The position numbers were made by a program, and so were the translations under genes. From Candidatus Saccharimonadota bacterium (lineage in GTDB: Bacteria; Patescibacteriota; Saccharimonadia; Saccharimonadales; Saccharimonadaceae), in assembly GCA_001029695.1 (NCBI GenBank), contig CP011211.1, positions 300,001 through 332,000 of the forward strand: DNA of 32,000 bases, given 5' to 3'. Under the pieces are notes generated by a model, which was not told the DNA's origin, did no database searches, and worked only from the letters and a program-made list of their open reading frames with translations. Numbering within the stretch: the first letter of the stretch is position 1; the number at the start of each line of letters is the position of its first letter. This document shows, piece by piece, positions 26,555 through 32,000 of this stretch.

Positions 26555-28243
26555 TTAACGTCGATATACTTGGCGCACCGCAAATCCGGCACCAGCTACG
26601 ATAGCAATACTCATAAAAAGTACTAAATTATTAACGCTCTGACTTCCTACGCCCGTATTTGGTGCCAGCACCTGCTGACCACTACTGCCGTCTTTAACAG
26701 CAAGTCCTATAGGGTCTATAATCTCGCCATTTACCTGCCCGTCCTCATCAAGCTCGCCGCCATCGATAAGTGTATATGAAACTTTAAGCGCCGGCTTATT
26801 ATCAATTTCTGTCTGAGTGATGACCGCTCCTGGAACTGGGCTGTATGAGCCTTTTTGATACTTCATCGCAGTCACCTGGTCAGGTTTCAGATTTGTTACA
26901 AATGTAAGCTCAGTAGGGAGTGTCGCTCCATCTTGAACTTTGACCTTGAAATTGGCAAGTCCGAGTGGATAGCTATATCCAGGCTGCAGCGAAGCACCAA
27001 GTTCAGCTTGTGTCTTGATCTCTGCGTACTGCAAGTTGGCCGTTTCCGGCAGCTGCAACTTCGCGCTCAACTCTTCACCTTCAGACTTAGGAGGAAAGGT
27101 TGCAACATTTTTTGGCATTGAATATACCGCTATTCGTGCTTTACCTGGTTGACCACTAGCATAATCACCAGTACCTATAAACACATCCCCATCTTTTGTG
27201 ACACCCGGAGTAGCAGTAGCGCGAGTTCCGGTGACCGGAGTAGTGCCACCTCCATAAATTGTACACACGAGACCCTCGGAAGCTTCAGGTGACATATCTA
27301 TGGTACCCAAAAAAGCACCTACGCTATTGTATTTCCGCACCTCAAAGTATGCTGGACACCCTTCGTAGGGCGGCGTCTGACCTGAAAAGTCAGTACTGGT
27401 AGCGTAGAGGTTATTGTTATTATCAACGCTCATTCCGTATCCAAGCTTCATCGGAGTCTCACCACCTATAACCTTAATAACAACACCTTCGTGACTCACA
27501 GCGAACAATCGCATCATCTGGTCATTCCTGTCGTGATCCATAGCTGCGACATGCAGTTGATCATGAGAATCAATCGCTACAAGAAATGGCGCATCATAGC
27601 CATCCGTATCACCCTGTAGCCGCTCTACTGTCTCTTCGATACCCCCGGATTGGGTAAGTTTGACTAAAATCGTGCCGAGCGCATCGCTTGTGCCAACCGT
27701 CATATATAGGCTATTGTTGCCATCAAAAGCGATAGAATAAATGCTTCGGAAACCACCAGGATACGTATCATTGAAAGCTTCGATCACTCCATTAAAGGTA
27801 TCGTCGGGATTGTACTTCAAGATGACACTATCGACCCGAGAATTACCACCGCCAAGGTCTACGTATTTATCTACAGGAAAGTACGTCGACCCATACCTAT
27901 CAATGGCTATATTAGGTATCGCCATACTGTATCCTGGCCTAAGCTTAAATTCCTTAACAAACGCTCCCGCAGCATTCATCTTAACAATATACGACTCCTG
28001 TTCTTCACCCGCCTTAATACCATACGCATATGCGTCGCCCGTAGGACTAACCGCTGGACCATAGAGTGCAAGATAGTTCCCTAGACCATCCTTAAAACTC
28101 GAGTTATAGACCTGCAACTTACTTGTACTACTCAGATCACCCTCTGTAGCAGCAAATACACTCGTCAGAGGCGCGAGACTCGTCGCAGCAGTCACCATCA
28201 CTGCTAGAGCGATAATGTACACCTTTTTAATACTTCTCACCAT
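26555..28243 (-). CDS. Cell-wall-anchored surface protein: signal peptide, beta-propeller-like repeats, C-terminal sortase signal
   Basis: 562 aa. The N-terminal signal is VYIIALAVMVTAATSLAPLTSVFA. Repeats resemble NHL/SMP-30-like blades (SLYMTV, QLHVAA, NLYATS). The C-terminus has a DGGELDEDGQVNGEIIDPIGLA domain, then LAPNTG, a hydrophobic helix and RQVYRR. Confidence 0.8.
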   Translation of the reverse strand: MVRSIKKVYIIALAVMVTAATSLAPLTSVFAATEGDLSSTSKLQVYNSSFKDGLGNYLALYGPAVSPTGDAYAYGIKAGEEQESYIVKMNAAGAFVKEFKLRPGYSMAIPNIAIDRYGSTYFPVDKYVDLGGGNSRVDSVILKYNPDDTFNGVIEAFNDTYPGGFRSIYSIAFDGNNSLYMTVGTSDALGTILVKLTQSGGIEETVERLQGDTDGYDAPFLVAIDSHDQLHVAAMDHDRNDQMMRLFAVSHEGVVIKVIGGETPMKLGYGMSVDNNNNLYATSTDFSGQTPPYEGCPAYFEVRKYNSVGAFLGTIDMSPEASEGLVCTIYGGGTTPVTGTRATATPGVTKDGDVFIGTGDYASGQPGKARIAVYSMPKNVATFPPKSEGEELSAKLQLPETANLQYAEIKTQAELGASLQPGYSYPLGLANFKVKVQDGATLPTELTFVTNLKPDQVTAMKYQKGSYSPVPGAVITQTEIDNKPALKVSYTLIDGGELDEDGQVNGEIIDPIGLAVKDGSSGQQVLAPNTGVGSQSVNNLVLFMSIAIVAGAGFAVRQVYRR

Positions 28244-28307
28244 ACCCCAAAACTCCCGCCATCATTTAAAAACAGCACTAAATATGAATTTAGTATACCA
28301 TAACCGT

Positions 28308-28901
28308 TTAAAAGTTCGACACTGAAGCAGTAGAAGTGATGACTTTTTGCGCCATCTTAAGTGAATCGTCTAGGGTATTTTCCTCTGAAGATGCGCCTGG
28401 TCCATAACTCAATATAATCCAGTTTCGTCCATCAAGAATATTAAGCTGGCCAAGCTTCTGATTGTAATAAGCCTGGTCGCCTACACCCTTCACATCTTCG
28501 ACACCTTGATCAGGTTTACCTGCGGTAAATTCTGTCTTGTTCTGCTCCACGCCTTTATCATTCACGCCAGAACGCACGACAACAGCCGCTACAAGCATGC
28601 TATCTGTATCGGGGTTGCCATCAGTATATCCACACTGGCTAGAGGCGGTATTTCCAGACTGAGCGGGCGTTTTTTCGCCACTCTGTAGAGTTTTTTCACC
28701 AAGCAGATCTTTTGATTCTTCGATAGTCAGCAAGTCACACGCTTTAGTAGGCTGATACACCACTTTCGGCGTACTTGCAGCGATTGAAAGCACCATTGCT
28801 ATGATTATTGCAATCACGCCGACACTGATTGCTACGCCGATAATCAGTTCTTTTTTGTGAGTAACAATATATTTTTCTTCGGGAATATTTTCATCATTCA
28901 T
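28308..28901 (-). CDS. Membrane-anchored extracytoplasmic protein (DUF3558-like pattern)
   Basis: 197 aa with an N-terminal TM segment. ACDLLTIEESKDLLGE...SSQCGYT...GVGDQAYY resembles small actinobacterial-type secreted proteins with two conserved Cys. Confidence 0.65.
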   Translation of the reverse strand: MNDENIPEEKYIVTHKKELIIGVAISVGVIAIIIAMVLSIAASTPKVVYQPTKACDLLTIEESKDLLGEKTLQSGEKTPAQSGNTASSQCGYTDGNPDTDSMLVAAVVVRSGVNDKGVEQNKTEFTAGKPDQGVEDVKGVGDQAYYNQKLGQLNILDGRNWIILSYGPGASSEENTLDDSLKMAQKVITSTASVSNF

Positions 28902-28951
28902 AATTTACTCATAGTATATCAGTATTGCCGACGCATCGAACCATTACACAC

Positions 28952-29131
28952 TCATTCCTTCGTAGAAATAACTGGCTGTCGAAGAATAGTGCGCAGTTTG
29001 TGCGGCTCAACCTTTCGAGCGTCGCTGAGATAAATCTCATGATACTTCTTAGTCATCTGAAAACTGTTCGAAGGTATAAACTGGTCGTACATTGTAGCGA
29101 GAAGCTCTGTTTCGTCGTCGTACGATCCAAC
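28952..29131 (-). pseudogene. Remnant of a GyrI-like (small-molecule-binding) domain gene, C-terminal ~60 codons only
   Basis: The minus-strand translation is VGSYDDETELLATMYDQFIPSNSFQMTKKYHEIYLSDARKVEPHKLRTILRQPVISTKE*. HEIYLSD-RK--P-KL-TILRQPV is the characteristic C-terminus of GyrI-like domain proteins. An in-frame TAA lies immediately upstream, and a neighbouring frame (EVCTVKLD) suggests a frameshift. It is too short to appear in the ORF track. Confidence 0.55.
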
Positions 29132-29190
29132 TTAACCGTGCAAACCTCCTACTTATTACAGGAGTATCGTCGTCTGCGCTATCTAGATCT

Positions 29191-29630
29191 TTATCTTTTG
29201 GCAGATGCAGCGATCAACGCAAAGGTAAAAATAACCCAGTCATTCAGCAAATGTGCACCATATGATACCCCTATGTTCTTAGTACGAATATATGCCAGCG
29301 TAAGTACGATCCGAGCAGTTCCTATCACAAGCAACGCTTGCGCGACATTCCATCCATACGTCGGAAGGTGAGCCGCCGCAAACCATATCGCCGTCAACAC
29401 CCATGCCCAAATGACCATAGATTTACGCGACACTTTGCTTTTTTATAAAAGAGATACATGATGGCCAAAAACGGCAGTATCGTAAACACCTCTTCGCCTA
29501 ATAACTGTATACCCGTACCTACATAGAAAGCGATAATTTCTAGTACGCCAGCCTGCGCGAGGCCATTAGTTGCCGGATTTGCATTAGCACCAAACAAATT
29601 CATGACAACCACGGCAACGATTCCCGTCAA
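29191..29630 (-). pseudogene. CPBP-family (CAAX/Abi) intramembrane protease, frameshifted and N-terminally truncated
   Basis: Two ORFs carry the family motifs between them: 29394-29630 (GEEVF = EE motif) and 29191-29433 (FAAAHL = FxxxH, AHLLND = HxxxD). Adding one nucleotide to the A6 run (T6 on the plus strand, 29439-29444) fuses them as ...LFYKKSKVSRKSMVIW.... The frame has no start codon upstream and runs into the neighbouring gene. Confidence 0.6.
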
Positions 29631-29703
29631 TGCTAGATTCAGGATAAAGACGTCAGAGCGCCTGATGATTGCCGCACTACTACATAAGAGAGTGCTATTT
29701 ACA

Positions 29704-30108
29704 TTACCTACTAACTTTTACTAAGTTATCTACTTTTTGTATTATTTCTTGGTATATCTCTTCCTCGTATGACTCGCGGCTATTATCATCAACTCGGTGA
29801 CCCTCTCCAATATCGGTTATTTCCCAGTTAAGAATACTCGGCGGTAATTCGACGATCTCTTTCGCTTCATCGATCACTCTTTGATTCATCAGAATAATGA
29901 TATCGTGACTATCGTCTATGCGCTCTTGGCTTAATTGTTCTGGATTTAATTTTGCAAAAGGTTTAATACCGTGCCTGTCTAGAACCGCAAGCGTATTCTC
30001 AAAATACTCACGCTCCTTTAGGTCACTCCAGTTAACGTTCGTGCCGCTAGAAAAAATTTTATCAATATTAATAAATAATGTCAACTGCCTGAGATTAATA
30101 GCTATCAT
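29704..30108 (-). CDS. LMW-PTP/ArsC-fold protein lacking the CX5R P-loop (truncated remnant or pseudo-enzyme)
   Basis: 134 aa. FSSGTNVN...LAVLDRHGIKP...HDIIILMNQ...PPSILNWEITDIG follows the SAG...Gid...D-ii-M...W-i-DP pattern of low-molecular-weight phosphatases. The N-terminal CxGNxCRS segment is absent, and there is no room for it before the divergent neighbour. Confidence 0.45.
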   Translation of the reverse strand: MIAINLRQLTLFINIDKIFSSGTNVNWSDLKEREYFENTLAVLDRHGIKPFAKLNPEQLSQERIDDSHDIIILMNQRVIDEAKEIVELPPSILNWEITDIGEGHRVDDNSRESYEEEIYQEIIQKVDNLVKVSR

Positions 30109-30126
30109 TCTGTTAAAATAAAACCA

Positions 30127-30663
30127 ATGGACAAGTATACGGCATATGAAACCCTACTAAAGAAGACTGACACTATTAGAGATCAACAAGACACCCCGAT
30201 AGACAAGGAAGTTAAGCCTATCATCGCGGCACTCTGGCTTCATGGATTTACAACGTCAGGCTCATGTGCAGGACATATAGACAGCGAGAGCCGCGGACCA
30301 TACATTCACATAACCTCTTCCGATTTTGACGCTCAGTATAATACCTTCAACGAAGCTATTAACGCAGGTAGAATGGCCGAGGCGCGCCAACTTAAGCAGA
30401 AAATATACGATTCCTCTCTTACTGTATACTCGCGCATTTTCAGCTTATTGAATAAATTCTATAAAAATACCAATTTCGATTACAACCACTTAATCATCGC
30501 ATACGCACAGCTCAATGGGGAAATCTATCTCTACTTTAATGATGTACGCATAGCTGATACCTTTAATCACGAGCAGCGCAGGGCGTGGCTAGAAGAGTGT
30601 CACTATGAACTTCAGCGCCTAACAGATTTTTTACTATCACAGCCTATTTACGTCCGCCAATAG
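30127..30663 (+). CDS. Hypothetical protein
   Basis: 178-aa ORF with an ATG start and soluble composition. I recognise no motif. Confidence 0.55.
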   Translation: MDKYTAYETLLKKTDTIRDQQDTPIDKEVKPIIAALWLHGFTTSGSCAGHIDSESRGPYIHITSSDFDAQYNTFNEAINAGRMAEARQLKQKIYDSSLTVYSRIFSLLNKFYKNTNFDYNHLIIAYAQLNGEIYLYFNDVRIADTFNHEQRRAWLEECHYELQRLTDFLLSQPIYVRQ

Positions 30664-30715
30664 CGTCCACACTCTGCTGTCACAATTACAGCCCATAGGG
30701 CAAAGAGTAATCTCC

Positions 30716-31126
30716 CTACTTCCCTTCCTCGTGAAACCAAGGTGAGTACACTACAGACGTAATAATACCCTCGGGACTTAGAAAGCGAGTAACGACTTGG
30801 CCCCATGGCTCTGTTTTATTTTTCACAAAGAGAACATAGCCTTGATCTAACAACACTTGCGTCGCATCTTCTACGCTCTCTACTTCATATTCTATCCAGG
30901 ATGTAGGTACAGTGATGTCAGCTGGCCATTCATTACTATCGAAGCACGAACTTGCCGCTTGAGAGAGCGGCCATAATGCAAAATGCTTCACACCCTCTAT
31001 CGTTTCAGACTGATAATAACCAGACTCTTCCTTGAGCGGAAGATTTAAAGTGTCAATGTATAGCTTTCTGCTTGTTTGGATATCGTTCACTATAGGGCCG
31101 AAGCCAGCGATAAAGTGAACATTCAT
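30716..31126 (-). CDS. VOC-family (glyoxalase/bleomycin-resistance fold) protein
   Basis: 136 aa. The N-terminal FGPIVNDIQTSRKLYIDTLNLPL and C-terminal EPWGQVVTRFLSPEG patterns are typical of VOC/glyoxalase-like domains. Confidence 0.7.
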   Translation of the reverse strand: MNVHFIAGFGPIVNDIQTSRKLYIDTLNLPLKEESGYYQSETIEGVKHFALWPLSQAASSCFDSNEWPADITVPTSWIEYEVESVEDATQVLLDQGYVLFVKNKTEPWGQVVTRFLSPEGIITSVVYSPWFHEEGK

Positions 31127-31143
31127 AATGTTAAATTATACAC

Positions 31144-31674
31144 CTACCTTGCTGGCATGTACGTAAGCTGGATCAGTCCTCTGTCAAACGTTTCACTTTT
31201 TACAAGCGTCAGCTGGTGTGACGGTTGGCCTTCTTGAAACAATCGAACACCCCCGCCAAGCGTCACAGGAATGATTGACAGTACAAGCTCATCAATAAGC
31301 CCTACATTTAAAAACTGCTGGATAACATTTCCACCGCCAGACACCCAAATATCTTTATCCGTTCGTTGCCTAGCCTTTTCGATAACAACCTCAAGTGGCG
31401 CCTTAATAAACTCAACATCCATATCTAACGGTGGCGCAGCTTCTGGGCGGCTCGACGAAAGAACATATGTCGGTAAATTATGACTATTGAGCCAGCCACG
31501 TTCCGCAAGAATATCATATGTACGTCGACCAAAAATTTCTACACCAAGAGTCGCAACAAATGCATCGAATCCATACTCTACGTCGTTGTACGGATCGAGC
31601 CACGAAAGGTCATCGTCAACCCCCGCAACGTAGCCGTCAAGTGATGTTGCAATGTAAGCGATGATCTTAGTCAT
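31144..31674 (-). CDS. Dihydrofolate-reductase-family protein (RibD C-terminal domain type)
   Basis: 176 aa with IIAYIATSLDGYVAG..DDLSWL, FGRRTYD, IWVSGGGNVIQQFL and DELVLSIIPVTLGGG. Confidence 0.8.
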   Translation of the reverse strand: MTKIIAYIATSLDGYVAGVDDDLSWLDPYNDVEYGFDAFVATLGVEIFGRRTYDILAERGWLNSHNLPTYVLSSSRPEAAPPLDMDVEFIKAPLEVVIEKARQRTDKDIWVSGGGNVIQQFLNVGLIDELVLSIIPVTLGGGVRLFQEGQPSHQLTLVKSETFDRGLIQLTYMPAR

Positions 31675-31740
31675 ATGTATGTATTATACATAGCCGAAGC
31701 CATAAATTTAAACCTTTCACCGTCGGAAGAGGATCGTTAT

Positions 31741-32000
31741 TTAGTAACCACCAAAGCTATCTATTCGTATGTTACGAATCTGTACACCCATATCAATAAG
31801 GAGATGTTCATTCGCCTCAACCATCGCGGGTGGACCTGATATATAAAAGTTTTGGCCGATATCATCAATGAGAGAGTGAATGAGTTTCTCTCTTTTCTTT
31901 CGATTGATGTCCTTTGTATTGATATAGATAATCGATAGATTCGGTAAGTACGTAGACCATACGTCCAGCTCACTACGAAACAAGAAGTTCTCATTCTGAT
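31741..32000 (-). CDS. C-terminal part of an FNR-type oxidoreductase (5' end beyond the window)
   Basis: The frame is open to the window end. FYISGPPAMVEANEHLLIDMGVQIRNIRIDSFGGY parallels the C-terminus of the 18040-19551 product (IFISGPPVMVDTLKKDLKHMGVSQKQIITDHFSGY). Confidence 0.7.
   Translation of the reverse strand, partial: QNENFLFRSELDVWSTYLPNLSIIYINTKDINRKKREKLIHSLIDDIGQNFYISGPPAMVEANEHLLIDMGVQIRNIRIDSFGGY

Noticed and set aside
28925-29371. 148-aa plus-strand ORF
   Set aside because: It lies antisense to the GyrI-like remnant and the CPBP C-terminal fragment, both of which carry family motifs on the minus strand. It has no motif or ribosome-binding site of its own.

Overview
The window is gene-dense: about 40 CDS, mostly in short, overlapping, translationally coupled operons, plus three tRNAs (Ala-GGC, Leu-UAA, Cys-GCA). 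I saw no rRNA, CRISPR array, transposase or integrase. The gene content includes NAD salvage under an NrtR-type regulator, DUF4190 and pilin-like envelope proteins, LemA-HtpX, an RRM glycine-rich protein, a sortase substrate and house-cleaning Nudix/ITPase genes. This suggests a small-genome, Gram-positive-type bacterium, possibly CPR/Saccharibacteria-like; that placement is inference only. Recognisable core blocks are an ABC exporter, nadD / nrtR / pncA-pncB with a Nudix-kinase fusion, an FMN-binding protein with ApbE and a membrane-FNR fusion, ligA, htpX and lemA. The left 7 kb, on the 3' side of tRNA-Ala, looks accessory. It holds a phage tail-fibre-like beta-helix gene and a two-gene operon of uncharacterised helical proteins, each with an R-x4-6-H (HEPN-like) motif. 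It also holds a five-gene membrane-protein cassette bracketed by two inverted copies of a ~150-nt structured, non-coding element; one copy begins inside the CCA end of tRNA-Ala. Other points are a conserved 20-bp palindromic site found twice in the NAD locus (candidate NrtR operator), a candidate ~125-nt sRNA with its own promoter and terminator, a long structured leader, and a ~1.2-kb patch of gene remnants. All calls come from reading the sequence and from motif memory; no database searches were run.
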